64,000 nucleotides of DNA from Bacilli bacterium. Lineage in GTDB: Bacteria; Bacillota_I; Bacilli_A; RFN20; CAG-826. Both the position numbers and the translations under genes were made by a program. This document shows, piece after piece, positions 38,816 through 48,669 of the stretch; positions within the stretch are counted from its first letter, which is position 1; each line of letters starts with the position of its first letter. The stretch lies in NCBI GenBank assembly GCA_045628045.1, contig JAZQOV010000003.1:57495-121494 (forward strand), given 5' to 3'. The notes below the pieces were generated by a model that was given only the letters and a program-made list of their open reading frames with translations, did not search any database and was not told the DNA's origin.

Positions 38816-39475
38816 TTATACGGCTTTTGACTGGTACTTATACCAAATTAGGCCATCCAACTTCTTAACTGTTAAGTGAGGATACTCTGCTTTTAGAACA
38901 TTAACTGCATCCTTCATTAAACTCTGGCATTCAGCATTTGAAATGTCATACCCAATAGCATCTCTTATACAATGGTGAATATGAACGTCTGGTTTACATC
39001 TATCATCTGTGCCAGCCAGCATAAATAAATAATCAGCACCAGCATCGCCCATTCCTTTAACTGAATGAATAACAACCTCAAGCAACTCAGGATGCTTAAA
39101 GTTTTTAAAGTCATCCATGGTATTAATGCCTAAATCTAATAGATACTCTGCTAATTTATAAATAACAGCAGATTTTCTGTTATGCCCAATAACCTGCATG
39201 TTCTTTAAAATATTCTGAGCAAATTTTTCTGTGCCACCTGCTTCATCAATGTGGTTAATAAGTTGTTTTAAATCATCACCTGTAGCATATTTATCACCAT
39301 TCATGTATGTTTTTGCATATCTATCAACAATTGGAACAGTAACTGCAAAATATTTAGCCCTTAAAGAATAAACACAATCAATTAAACAAACAGACATTGA
39401 TGAATATCCATTCGCGTAGTGCTTTTGATTTAAATCAAAATTAGTTTTACAAAATTGAACAAATTCTTCAATCAT
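38816..39475 (-). CDS. HhH-GPD superfamily DNA glycosylase-like protein (likely monofunctional; no Fe-S cluster)
   Basis: LLEVVIHSVKGMGDAGADYLFMLAG (helix-hairpin-helix) followed by KPDVHIHH, which aligns with the EndoIII VDTHIFRV Asp loop. The EndoIII Lys-120 position is Ala. Confidence 0.45.
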   Translation of the reverse strand: MIEEFVQFCKTNFDLNQKHYANGYSSMSVCLIDCVYSLRAKYFAVTVPIVDRYAKTYMNGDKYATGDDLKQLINHIDEAGGTEKFAQNILKNMQVIGHNRKSAVIYKLAEYLLDLGINTMDDFKNFKHPELLEVVIHSVKGMGDAGADYLFMLAGTDDRCKPDVHIHHCIRDAIGYDISNAECQSLMKDAVNVLKAEYPHLTVKKLDGLIWYKYQSKAV

Positions 39476-39479
39476 AGTA

Positions 39480-40568
39480 TTAATTTTTATAAAGTTTAAA
39501 ATCTCCTATTTCCTTAGTTCTTGAGTTAATAGTTTTTAAAGAAATTTCAGATGCATCCATACCAACCCAAGTCCTTGAACGTAATTTTGATGCCCACAAT
39601 GTTGTTCCGCTACCGGCAAAGCAATCCATAACAATACTATTTTCAGAAGAAGATTCATCAATAATTCTGAGAATCATATCAAGATTTTTTTCTGTTGGAT
39701 ATCTTGGATATTGAGGATCTTTAAATGTCCAGACATCTTGTATTTTTTTACCTTTATGTTCATCAGCATATTTTTTAATTCTAGGGTTTCCTGTTTTTGA
39801 CCATTCAATTAATCCTTTGGAATCCAATTCATCAAAAACTGCAGGATCGGTTCTCCAATGTCTACCTTCAGGAGGCATCATACCGCGCCATTCCTTCCCT
39901 GTAACGCCATTCGTCTCTCCTGGAGCATGTAACGGTATAGTTGTATAGCGCCTTCCATTTTCATCAATTTTAGGAAACAATTTCGCCAGCTCTTCATCGG
40001 AAGCTTTTTCCTTAATTTCATTCCATAATTGGTTTTTACCGTTTTTACAATAAAAGAAAATGACATCTTTTTCGTTTCCGTATGCTTTTCTATCAAAATT
40101 TTTTGGATTAGATTTAATTCTTGTAATATCATTTCGATAATTTTCTTCTCCAAAAATTTCATCCATTAATATTTTTACATAATGACCAATTTTGTAATCT
40201 ATATGTAGATAAATGCTGCCTCTATCAGTTAAAAGCTCTCTTATAATGATTAATCGTTCTCTTAAGAATTCTAAAAATTCACCTTTAGTCATTTCGTCAG
40301 AATATGCAACCTGTCCTTTTTTTGATCTGCTAATTGTGCTGCACCTTCCTTCTGATACAGCAAATGATTGATTTGTATTAAAAGGTGGATCTATATATAC
40401 CAAATCAATACAAGGGCCGCATGTATTTAATAGTTTAGAGAGTCCTTCAAAATTATCTCCAAATATAAAATTATTTTGGTTTAAATCTAAATCTTCAAAC
40501 TTATCAAAATTTCTTGATTGTTTGAGAATTTCACTCTCACTTAATTTTTCATCGAATTTTAATTGCAT
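39480..40568 (-). CDS. Beta-class amino DNA methyltransferase (N6-adenine or N4-cytosine; N6_N4_Mtase family)
   Basis: Motif IV DPPF near the N-terminus and motif I FAGSGTT near the C-terminus, a beta-class permutation as in DpnA/M.PvuII; 362 aa. Confidence 0.8.
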   Translation of the reverse strand: MQLKFDEKLSESEILKQSRNFDKFEDLDLNQNNFIFGDNFEGLSKLLNTCGPCIDLVYIDPPFNTNQSFAVSEGRCSTISRSKKGQVAYSDEMTKGEFLEFLRERLIIIRELLTDRGSIYLHIDYKIGHYVKILMDEIFGEENYRNDITRIKSNPKNFDRKAYGNEKDVIFFYCKNGKNQLWNEIKEKASDEELAKLFPKIDENGRRYTTIPLHAPGETNGVTGKEWRGMMPPEGRHWRTDPAVFDELDSKGLIEWSKTGNPRIKKYADEHKGKKIQDVWTFKDPQYPRYPTEKNLDMILRIIDESSSENSIVMDCFAGSGTTLWASKLRSRTWVGMDASEISLKTINSRTKEIGDFKLYKN

Positions 40569-40570
40569 AA

Positions 40571-41416
40571 TTATAACGAATATAAAAAGTCTCTTAATAC
40601 TAAAGCAGAAACAATAATGTCATCAGGATTATTTTCTAGGTACTTATGCATTTTATTTTTGCCTTTTATATATAAAACACCGTCCATAATAGCTATTTTT
40701 ACAACTTTAACATCCTTTGCTTTTCCGCCTTCTAAAATAGAGTGTGTGGTTGAAATAGCATCATCAAATTGAGCGTCTTGGTGACCACCAAAATCAGTTA
40801 AGAATTTAGCCTCACCAATTACATATGTATTGTTGAAACGAGCAATAAAGTCAAGTCCTTTATCTCTATTAAAACCAAAGTACTCCTTTGCAAAATTTTT
40901 CATTTCTGCATCGCTAATATTAAGAATCGCGTTTCCTTTGGATAATAAAAATTCCGGTACATTTTTATAGACTGGGGCTCCTAAACATCCTTTGTCTATC
41001 CAATTCTTAAACATTGGACCAATTTGTCTATTCGTTTCTTTTGGTTCTGTACAATTATCATAAATTTCATCAAGCCCCATTTCGTAGAGCATTCCACTAA
41101 TACGATCGATTGTATTAGGATTTCTTTCAATAGCTGTTCTATCTCTTTTCAAGTAAGCAATATAAGAATCCTTAATTGGGAAAATATCAAAATCGCACAA
41201 AGCTTTAATTAAATCTATATTATTTTTGTGTTCAAAATTATATTTAACAGTATTCCATTCTTTATCCCCAATTTCTCTCCTTGCATTAGCAGACATTGGG
41301 TATACTTTGTAAAGTAAATCTAAATAATTCTTTTGGTTCGCTAAATCAACACTTTGTTTTGTCCAGAAGTTCATAAAAGCCTCCTTATTTATATATCTTT
41401 GTGCTAAATAAGTCAC
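40571..41416 (-). CDS. Putative type II restriction endonuclease (PD-(D/E)xK)
   Basis: 281 aa with D...EAK (LDFIARF...YVIGEAKF). Its stop is 3 nt from the MTase start, giving an REase-MTase operon. Confidence 0.45.
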   Translation of the reverse strand: MTYLAQRYINKEAFMNFWTKQSVDLANQKNYLDLLYKVYPMSANARREIGDKEWNTVKYNFEHKNNIDLIKALCDFDIFPIKDSYIAYLKRDRTAIERNPNTIDRISGMLYEMGLDEIYDNCTEPKETNRQIGPMFKNWIDKGCLGAPVYKNVPEFLLSKGNAILNISDAEMKNFAKEYFGFNRDKGLDFIARFNNTYVIGEAKFLTDFGGHQDAQFDDAISTTHSILEGGKAKDVKVVKIAIMDGVLYIKGKNKMHKYLENNPDDIIVSALVLRDFLYSL

Positions 41417-41476
41417 AAAGAAATAAAGTATGGCAATATTATACTCCTCGTTTATACTTTTTTAAATTATTTTGAC

Positions 41477-42031
41477 TTATAACAATGACATATTAATAAT
41501 TTCATCTATCGAAACTTTGAAAATAATAGAAAATTTATAAATTAGCTCGAGTGAAGGCAATCTATGACCTTCTGTGATTGCTACTATAGTAGATCTGTCA
41601 ACGCCGATCATACTAGCGAATTCCGTCTTGCTTGAATAGCTTTCTTTAATAAGAAGTTCAATCTCCTTACCCAAAAGAATCGGATTGATTTGTTTATAAA
41701 TTGTGTTGTTTTTATTAAAAAATATCATCAGCCACTTGTCGTATGCCGATGATATTGATTGATAATAGAATTTAGGTTCTTCTTCATCCTTATGATGCCA
41801 TTCAAGATAATCTATAGCATCCTTTTCATATTGAGTGAGAAGATTATCGTATTCTTTATATAATAAAGTGTATTTAGTTTTTTCTATTTTATCTTCAAAT
41901 GTATCTGGTTCACTTTGATTAAGAAATCTGTATCTTTTTGAATCAGATCTAAAGTCTCTAATGTATTCCTTAATAAATTTCTTAAATCCGTTTTTACTTT
42001 TTGCAAACACATAAGCGCAACTTATCTTCAT
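41477..42031 (-). CDS. Protein with C-terminal XRE-type HTH domain
   Basis: 184 aa. The C-terminal KTEFASMIGVDRSTIVAITEGHRLPSLELIYK is an HTH_XRE domain. It overlaps the upstream gene by 38 nt. Confidence 0.5.
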   Translation of the reverse strand: MKISCAYVFAKSKNGFKKFIKEYIRDFRSDSKRYRFLNQSEPDTFEDKIEKTKYTLLYKEYDNLLTQYEKDAIDYLEWHHKDEEEPKFYYQSISSAYDKWLMIFFNKNNTIYKQINPILLGKEIELLIKESYSSKTEFASMIGVDRSTIVAITEGHRLPSLELIYKFSIIFKVSIDEIINMSLL

Positions 42032-42671
42032 AAATATCCATCACCCTATTAGATATATTCAATAAGTCTAGATACTCTGCAAGTAAAATATAAACTTTTC
42101 GCGGATATCTGATTTCTCTAATGCATTTTTCAAAGACATGATCACTATAGTGTTTCATCAATAAAGTGCCAATAACAGCTCTATAAGCGAGTTTATCACT
42201 TTCTGGCATCTCATCTCTTAAATAGATTAATTCCATCGCTTCCATGATGAATTGAATATCAATAAGATAAAAATCATTTTTCGTTTCGTATAATTGAATA
42301 TTTAATTGTTCAATCAATTTATTTCCATCGGTATAACTCGTTATTATTTCAGCAAGTGATGGTTCATCATAAATAAGTTCGTGTTCATACAAAAGAGATC
42401 TACCACATTTTAGGCCTCTATAATTTTTTGTGTAAAATTCAATAACTCTATCCCTATCGCTTAAATCTGAATCGCCAATTAAATAAATGCCTTTTGAAAT
42501 TTTCCTTAATATGCCTTCTTTAGAAATTCTAGAAATATATTTTCTTAGATTATCAATGGAAATGTCAGGAAATACATGCGTTGATACATAGCTAAAATCT
42601 AAAACACCACCCAAGTGGTTTCTCAAGTAAAGTCTTATTTGTTCAGTATCTGTTAGTCTTGCCATACTCAT
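41994..42671 (-). CDS. Hypothetical protein, possibly AbiEi-like (antitoxin-type wHTH N-domain)
   Basis: 225 aa. The ISRISKEGILRKISKGIYLIGDS segment resembles the AbiEi N-terminal pattern. No AbiEii nucleotidyltransferase partner is present. Confidence 0.3.
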   Translation of the reverse strand: MSMARLTDTEQIRLYLRNHLGGVLDFSYVSTHVFPDISIDNLRKYISRISKEGILRKISKGIYLIGDSDLSDRDRVIEFYTKNYRGLKCGRSLLYEHELIYDEPSLAEIITSYTDGNKLIEQLNIQLYETKNDFYLIDIQFIMEAMELIYLRDEMPESDKLAYRAVIGTLLMKHYSDHVFEKCIREIRYPRKVYILLAEYLDLLNISNRVMDIYEDKLRLCVCKK

Positions 42672-42733
42672 ATTCTAACATAAGAGTGAATTTAATTCAC
42701 TCTTTTTTTGAAAAAGTTCACTTAACTCATAAC

Positions 42734-42756
42734 CTGCGGAGGTAGGATTTGAAACC
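42734..42756 (-). repeat. Direct repeat R1 of the tRNA(CAU) 3' end
   Basis: The minus strand reads GGTTTCAAATCCTACCTCCGCAG, identical to R2 over 19 nt. Confidence 0.6.
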
Positions 42757-42929
42757 TTTCCCACATCCTGCCGAGGTAATTTTTAAGAATGAAGCAATTT
42801 TATCACAAATTTAAAAAACGAGACATTGTCCTGTTTTTGGCTATAAATAATTATGTAATATTATATACATAGTATATAAGCATGAAAAAAGACAACCTCA
42901 CTGATGTAAGATCGTCTCGTTTTCTCGAA

Positions 42930-43007
42930 TGGTTGCGGAGGCAGGATTTGAACGCTGCGACCTCAAGGTTATGGGCCTTGCGAGCTACCAGGCTGCTCCA
43001 CTCCGCG
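42930..43007 (-). tRNA. tRNA-Met (CAU), initiator-like
   Basis: CGCGGAGTGGAGCAGCCTGGTAGCTCG...CCCATAA...GTTCAAATCC...CCGCAACCA. The D-arm is identical to E. coli tRNA-fMet, with a C1:A72 mismatch, CAU anticodon and encoded CCA. The T-stem has one irregular pair. Confidence 0.75.
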
Positions 43008-43126
43008 ATGTGGTTTATATAATAATATAATTAAAAGTTCTTTTCAAGTTATAGATTTTTTTACAAAACTATTTTTACTTATTTTAAGAAATATATATAA
43101 TATATAAGCACTTTAGAGGAAGAAAT

Positions 43127-44011
43127 ATGGATAAACATTCATTAATTAATCTTGTAAAAGAGCTTATTGCTTTAGAAGATTTATCAACAAGAGGTGAGGA
43201 TCTCCTTTTTATTAAAAAAGAATATAGATACTTACTAAATAAAGAAGAAGAATCATTTTATGAATCAAGTCTTACAAATGAATTCATGTCTTTGTATGAT
43301 GAACTCGCTAAAAAGGCACCAAAACTTAATCAAACATCTTTAGATGAAAAGAAAGAAATCATCGAACTTACCAAGAAACTTCTTGAAAGAAAAGACATTG
43401 TAAAAGCTGGTAAAGACTTAGAAGCTTATTCAGAAGCTTTTAGAAAAGCTGGTAAATGCACTCAAGAACAAGATGATGCATTATGGGCAGAATTTAAAGT
43501 TTTAAAAGATAAATATTACGAAAATAGAAGAGCACACTTCGAAGCAATTGATAAATCAAATGCAGAAAAGAAAGCTCAAAAAGAAGCAATTATTGAGCAA
43601 GCAAAAGAACTTCTCGTAATTAAAAACATTAAAGAATCCAATGAAAAAATGGATGCATTAATGAATTCTTGGAAAGAAGTCGGTTTCTCTGGAAAAGATA
43701 ACGACGAAGAACTTTGGCAAAAATTCAGTGAAGTTCGTAAAGAATTTAACTTAAAGAAGAAAGAACATTACGAAGAAATGCAAAAAATCTTTGAAGAAAG
43801 AGCAGCCAAAAAAGAAGAAATGATTAAAGTTGCTAAAAAGATTCTTGCAGACAGTGATTTCTCTAAAGAAGAAGTTCAAAAAATTAAAGATCTTAGAAGC
43901 GAATTTAATGCAATCGGATTTACTGGAAAAGATAAAGACGATGACTTATATGAACGTTTCAACGAAGTAATTAAAAAATACTTCGATGACATGAAGTTCT
44001 ACACATTCTAA
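43127..44011 (+). CDS. DUF349 repeat protein
   Basis: Repeated [DE]LWxxFxxxxxx[YF] units (DDALWAEFKVLKDKYY, EELWQKFSEVRKEF, DDLYERFNEVIKKYF); 294 aa. Confidence 0.7.
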   Translation: MDKHSLINLVKELIALEDLSTRGEDLLFIKKEYRYLLNKEEESFYESSLTNEFMSLYDELAKKAPKLNQTSLDEKKEIIELTKKLLERKDIVKAGKDLEAYSEAFRKAGKCTQEQDDALWAEFKVLKDKYYENRRAHFEAIDKSNAEKKAQKEAIIEQAKELLVIKNIKESNEKMDALMNSWKEVGFSGKDNDEELWQKFSEVRKEFNLKKKEHYEEMQKIFEERAAKKEEMIKVAKKILADSDFSKEEVQKIKDLRSEFNAIGFTGKDKDDDLYERFNEVIKKYFDDMKFYTF

Positions 44012-44042
44012 AAAGAAAAGGGCTTAAGCCCTTTTTATTTTA
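44011..44042. terminator. Bidirectional terminator
   Basis: AAAGGGCTTAAGCCCTTT hairpin with flanking A-run and T-run between convergent genes. Confidence 0.75.
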
Positions 44043-44892
44043 ATAATTTTCTAGCCTCTACAGCATTCTCTAGGAAGTGATGAGCAACTGCCAAGAAATC
44101 AAATCCATGCACCGCTCCTTCTCCACGGTAATGCTTAATAATAGCAACTAAATACCATTGAAGAGAAATGTCGATTCTCCATAATGCATAACGTTTTAAA
44201 CCATCTTTAAGAGGAACAAGTTTTTCATATTCTTCAAGAAGTTTTTTACCTTCAAGAACATCGCCATTTCCGAATGTTCCAATGTCATAAACCGGATCAT
44301 TATTTGCAGCGAACTCAAAGTCAATAAACATGTAATTATCATCGTTTGTTTTTACAATATTGCTTCTTTGAGCATCGTTATGTGCAAGTGTTAATTCTTG
44401 AGAAAGTAGGAACTCTTTATTGTTTTGAATTAACTCATAGAGTTCATAGAACTCTTTATCAAATTCTTTAACGTGAGTTTCTGCTTCTTTTTTAAAGTTC
44501 GCTAGACGAGTTAAAGGATCATAATAAACACTTGCTTTCTTTTTCGAAGAATGAAGCTTGACCATTAACTTTGCGACTTTTTTGTAATCAAATTCATCAA
44601 CAAGATTAATAGATTTTCCATCAATAAAACGATTAATCTTTACTCCTTTTTCAAGGTCAAAATAAATGTTTTCAGAAGTTATTCCTAAATCAAACGCAAT
44701 ATTTTGAGTTTCTTTTTCTAACTTTCTGTCCACCATTTCGTTTGCTTGAGCAGTTGAAATGTAATAAACAAATTTTCCTTTGCTAGATTTAACAATGTAG
44801 GCTTCGTTCATCATTCCACCTACAAGTTCAGAAACAATTTCAGCATCATTTCCAATAATGCTTTTTAATAAATTAAAATTTTCTTCTTTCAT
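44035..44892 (-). CDS. Phosphotransferase family protein (APH/choline-kinase fold)
   Basis: Brenner motif LAHNDAQRSNIV and a downstream DFE; 285 aa. Confidence 0.6.
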   Translation of the reverse strand: MKEENFNLLKSIIGNDAEIVSELVGGMMNEAYIVKSSKGKFVYYISTAQANEMVDRKLEKETQNIAFDLGITSENIYFDLEKGVKINRFIDGKSINLVDEFDYKKVAKLMVKLHSSKKKASVYYDPLTRLANFKKEAETHVKEFDKEFYELYELIQNNKEFLLSQELTLAHNDAQRSNIVKTNDDNYMFIDFEFAANNDPVYDIGTFGNGDVLEGKKLLEEYEKLVPLKDGLKRYALWRIDISLQWYLVAIIKHYRGEGAVHGFDFLAVAHHFLENAVEARKLLK

Positions 44893-44896
44893 AAAA

Positions 44897-45922
44897 TTAC
44901 CATTTATTAGTTACTTTTTCCGCAAAACCTAACATGTTTTCGAAATAGTATTCCTTTCCATCAACCAAAACATAACCTGAGAATTTTCCAAACACTTGAT
45001 TTTGAAGCGATTGAATTACTCCAGCATTCATATTCGCATGTCTATTTAGAATTGGCGTAAACGTAATGTTAATGTCGCCTGAAATACTTCTAAATTTCCA
45101 TGGTTCTAAGAATGAATCACCGCCGCTTTTACTAATTGGAATATCAAAGTGAACATCTTCAAGTTTCCAGGACTTATCTTCATAAAAGAAGATATTTTCA
45201 GAATGTGTCGCGTTATTTCCGAATCCATAACCTAAGTTAAATCCGATTCGTTTTCCTTCAAATTCTCCTGACATGCTGGACCAATACCAAGTATTCTTGT
45301 ATGTCCAGACTCCACGCCCCCAATCTAAAACACCATAAGTTTTTTCATTAAAATCAATAATTTCATCGCCAACTTTAACATAACCATTAGCTTTTAGAAG
45401 GTTGATCTTTTGGTTGTAATAGAAATGCTTGTCTTTATTAAATGGGGTGGCAACCACCATTGAATCTTTGTTTGTTTCCTCAAGATATAAATCAAGTCTT
45501 AAATCTTTTTTGTCTTTGGTAAATTTTTTCCAAAAACACTCAAGATGTCTTTTACCATTTTCATGCTTAAATGTCATGAAAACAGTTTTATCGTGATAAA
45601 TCACATCTCCTTCTTTTGAGGAAGATGGTAAATTAGTTTTACCAAAGGTAAAAAATTTCATTACTGACTTAGTAATGTCGTAAGGTTTTTCAAAATCAAG
45701 AAAAGATAAGGAACATAAAGACATGTAAGAATTATCTGCAATTGTAAGTGCGATTCCATACTTAGAATTACCAACATAATAGTAATCCCATTCCTTAATT
45801 CTCCACTTCTTTGCTTTAATATCTAAACGGTTATATTCCTTCACTAATGAATTAGCATAGCCAGCCTCAAAAAGGTTGCCTTCTTCATTAAGTAGTTTTC
45901 CTGGTTCTAATTTAATCTGCAT
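44897..45922 (-). CDS. Hypothetical protein, DUF2804-like
   Basis: 341 aa. Motifs LLNEEGNLFEAGYA and RIKEWDYYYV...GIALTIADNSYM resemble DUF2804 family members as remembered; not verifiable here. Confidence 0.35.
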   Translation of the reverse strand: MQIKLEPGKLLNEEGNLFEAGYANSLVKEYNRLDIKAKKWRIKEWDYYYVGNSKYGIALTIADNSYMSLCSLSFLDFEKPYDITKSVMKFFTFGKTNLPSSSKEGDVIYHDKTVFMTFKHENGKRHLECFWKKFTKDKKDLRLDLYLEETNKDSMVVATPFNKDKHFYYNQKINLLKANGYVKVGDEIIDFNEKTYGVLDWGRGVWTYKNTWYWSSMSGEFEGKRIGFNLGYGFGNNATHSENIFFYEDKSWKLEDVHFDIPISKSGGDSFLEPWKFRSISGDINITFTPILNRHANMNAGVIQSLQNQVFGKFSGYVLVDGKEYYFENMLGFAEKVTNKW

Positions 45923-46066
45923 ATACTTCTCTTTATACGTTTAAGTATTACTTATAAGCGTAAATAAAATTATAGCACTCGCACAATATAAACAAAAATT
46001 ATTTATTGAAAATAATCTTTAAGTGCTAAAATGAAATTGCAAGTTACTCAAAAGGAGAAACTAATT

Positions 46067-47512
46067 ATGAAAAATAAAAGGGTATTACTTTTAGTGCCAG
46101 CACTTATCTCGCTTGGACTTGGAGGATGCAAAAACGAAGAGAAAAAAGAATGCTACTCCAAAGCAAATCTAAGTGAAATTTTACCAAACAGTAGAATTTT
46201 TGAAGTTAACTACGACAAAGTTGATTACGAAGCTGGAGATGAATTCTGGGCAGTAAATAATGACAACTGGGCAGGCGGATGCTCTGCAGTCACTAAAAAT
46301 ATTGATGGCCATCGTATTGTCGGACGTAACATGGACCTCAATTATTCAAACAAAGCCGCCTACATTTTACGTACGGGGGCAAACGAAAAAGGATACAAGA
46401 CCATAGGTCTTGCATATACATTCCGTGACTATGCAATGGATTATTCTGTTGTTAAAGAAAAAGGTCTCACAAATGAATTTAGAGACATTCTTCCATTCCT
46501 TTGTGATGATGTTATGAATGACCAAGGACTTCATATTGAAGTCAACATGAGACACGCTGAAGTTGATTTCTCAGGGTTTGATCAATTCTCACTTGAAGGC
46601 ACAAATCCAGGTAAACATAGAATTCATATGTTTGAACTTCCTCGTTACATTGCAGAAAATTGTAAAACCGTTGAAGAAGCAAAAAATCTAGTAAATAACG
46701 AATTAGATATTTACTCAAAGAATGGATATTGGGACTATTGTTTCGTTATTTCTGATTCAAATGAAGATGGCTCTGTTCAACATTCTTCCCTTCTTGAATT
46801 CTCCGCAATTGGAGATCTCGGTTATATTTATAACTCACTTCCAGAAGAAGCAAAAAGACCTGGTATTAGCGAAGTTAAAGCAGTCAACTGGATTGATGAA
46901 GAAGATATCGACAAAGTCGATTGGTTAAGAACTGGTCCAACCGGAAATGAAACCTTCTACAAGATGAACGCTTTAGCACAAACAAACTTCTACATTAACT
47001 GGTGGGCATTTGAAAGACAAGATGTCAAATCAGGTGAAGGTAGATTTATCACCATGCAAAAACTTATTCCAAGTGTAAATTCTAAAGAAGATATGTACAA
47101 TCTTATGAGAAGAATTTCTTATTCATCATTTTATGATGAATATGATATTGTTAACGATTATCACTTTGATCCAAGAAGTGAAAACTTAGGTGAAGGACAA
47201 GGTTTAACTTATGATTTCCTCTTCTCTGATGAGTATTTTCCAATTGTTAAAGAACTTCTTAATGCTTCAATTGCACCACAAAAAGAATATGGTTTTGAAG
47301 AAAGAATTGAAAATCATATGTGGGAATCAACATTTACAGAAGTTGTAGATGTAACTGAAAGAAATATTGAAGTTAGATTCTTTGAAAACGAAGACTTTAG
47401 ATTCAAAGTAGATTTCGAAGGAACTACTAAATTAGAGAAGTTAGATGCTGTTGATTGGACTCAATTTACAAAAGTAAGTGAGATTCCGCTACCAGCGCTT
47501 GATAAGGAATAA
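46067..47512 (+). CDS. Linear amide C-N hydrolase lipoprotein (choloylglycine hydrolase/Ntn-hydrolase family) with pro-region
   Basis: Lipobox LGLGGC. The internal GGCSAV...GRNMDLNYSNK matches the Cys-nucleophile and RNMD motif of the CBAH family. RBS AAAAGGAG. The earlier track start lacks an RBS. Confidence 0.55.
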   Translation: MKNKRVLLLVPALISLGLGGCKNEEKKECYSKANLSEILPNSRIFEVNYDKVDYEAGDEFWAVNNDNWAGGCSAVTKNIDGHRIVGRNMDLNYSNKAAYILRTGANEKGYKTIGLAYTFRDYAMDYSVVKEKGLTNEFRDILPFLCDDVMNDQGLHIEVNMRHAEVDFSGFDQFSLEGTNPGKHRIHMFELPRYIAENCKTVEEAKNLVNNELDIYSKNGYWDYCFVISDSNEDGSVQHSSLLEFSAIGDLGYIYNSLPEEAKRPGISEVKAVNWIDEEDIDKVDWLRTGPTGNETFYKMNALAQTNFYINWWAFERQDVKSGEGRFITMQKLIPSVNSKEDMYNLMRRISYSSFYDEYDIVNDYHFDPRSENLGEGQGLTYDFLFSDEYFPIVKELLNASIAPQKEYGFEERIENHMWESTFTEVVDVTERNIEVRFFENEDFRFKVDFEGTTKLEKLDAVDWTQFTKVSEIPLPALDKE

Positions 47513-47524
47513 TTCAAACTTTAA

Positions 47525-47557
47525 GAAAAAATCGGCTATAAGCCGATTTTCTTTTTG
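47525..47557 (+). terminator. Rho-independent terminator
   Basis: AAATCGGCT-ATA-AGCCGATTT followed by TCTTTTT. Confidence 0.75.
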
Positions 47558-47590
47558 ACTAATGTCTTTAGTGGACTGAAATAATACATT

Positions 47591-47626
47591 TTAATTGCAT
47601 ATTTTTCACGAATTTTATGCAATTAA
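47591..47626. repeat. 36-bp palindromic element (IR-L) TTAATTGCAT-N16-ATGCAATTAA overlapping the Fic 3' end
   Basis: Perfect 10-bp inverted arms, nearly identical (one substitution) to the copy at 48701-48736. Confidence 0.6.
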
Positions 47627-48663
47627 ATTTTGTAATATTTAGCGTATTTGCCACTCTGAATCATTTGAATTTTTAATGAATCAGTTAACTCTTTTAATGA
47701 TTTTTCAATTGTGGTTCTAGATAAATTAATTAAAACTTCCTCAATTTCAGCTTTTGTTATAGGTAGTTTTGAATCATTAATAACTTTAAGCACCTTATCG
47801 TTTGCAACACCACTCATGTTGTTGGTTTCAATAATATATGCGAGTTTTTCATAACCTTCCTTGAGACATTTGAGCATAAAATGGGTAAAGAATGCATAAT
47901 CATTTTTGTCTTCATGCCAACCTATTGATGATTTTTCTAAGGTTTCATAGTATTCATTCACGTTGCTTAAAATAACATACGACAAAGAATAATATTGATC
48001 TAATTCATAACCATACTTTAGCAAAAGGAATGTTGTTAATAATCTAGAAATGCGGCCATTGCCATCATAAAAAGGGTGAATACATAAAAAATCAGTAATA
48101 AAGACAAAGATTGTTAATAATTTGTTACAATCTGGATCTTTCATGCATTCGTTAAATTGATAGACAAGGTTTCCCATTAAATCATCAACCTCTTCTGGTT
48201 TTGAAGGGATAAAGACTGTTCTAACCAAATTTCCTTTTGAATCAAACTCTCTAATATAGTTTTGTTCAACCTTGTATTTACCGCCAAATTCTGGAGTAAT
48301 TGATTGATATAAAAAGTAATGTAAATCCTTAATGTAAGACTCAGAAAGAGATTGATATTTGTAAACTTGAAATACATTCTCTAATGCATTGTTGTAGCCT
48401 AGCAAGAAATATTCTTCTTTGGTTTCAGGGTCCATATGTTTTAGCAAAATATCATTTTCTCTATATTTTTCAACTTTAATGCCCTCAATTTCATTTGAAC
48501 TAGTTACACTTCTTCTTTTATTTAAATCATGTAAACGGTTCAATTTAATCTTTGACGGTAAATTAAAAGTTTTGCCTCTATTAACCTCAACTGATTGGAT
48601 CATTGAAATTATCAGCGGATCATTTAGTTTTAACACTTGTTCTTTAAGATTTATGAATTTCAT
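47623..48663 (-). CDS. Fic-family protein (AMPylation-type motif)
   Basis: HPFYDGNGRISRLL canonical Fic motif; 346 aa from ATG 48663. TTGACT-17-TATTAT lies directly upstream of the ATG, suggesting a leaderless transcript. Confidence 0.75.
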   Translation of the reverse strand: MKFINLKEQVLKLNDPLIISMIQSVEVNRGKTFNLPSKIKLNRLHDLNKRRSVTSSNEIEGIKVEKYRENDILLKHMDPETKEEYFLLGYNNALENVFQVYKYQSLSESYIKDLHYFLYQSITPEFGGKYKVEQNYIREFDSKGNLVRTVFIPSKPEEVDDLMGNLVYQFNECMKDPDCNKLLTIFVFITDFLCIHPFYDGNGRISRLLTTFLLLKYGYELDQYYSLSYVILSNVNEYYETLEKSSIGWHEDKNDYAFFTHFMLKCLKEGYEKLAYIIETNNMSGVANDKVLKVINDSKLPITKAEIEEVLINLSRTTIEKSLKELTDSLKIQMIQSGKYAKYYKI

Positions 48664-48669
48664 GTCTAT

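Larger units (their letters stand above)
38787..42756 (-). mobile_element. Roughly 4-kb islet (RM plus glycosylase plus AbiEi-like/XRE pair) bounded by direct repeats of the tRNA 3' end; no integrase present
   Basis: Direct repeats R2 (38787-38810) and R1 (42734-42756) share the 19-nt core TTCAAATCCTACCTCCGCA with each other and 18 of 19 with the intact tRNA 170 bp further right. Confidence 0.45.

Noticed and set aside
42754-42929. Possible tiny island between R1 and the tRNA
   Set aside because: The segment is only about 170 bp with no ORF. It is probably a remnant or attL-side scar rather than a separate element. Only an imperfect AACGAGAC/GTCTCGTT inverted repeat was seen.
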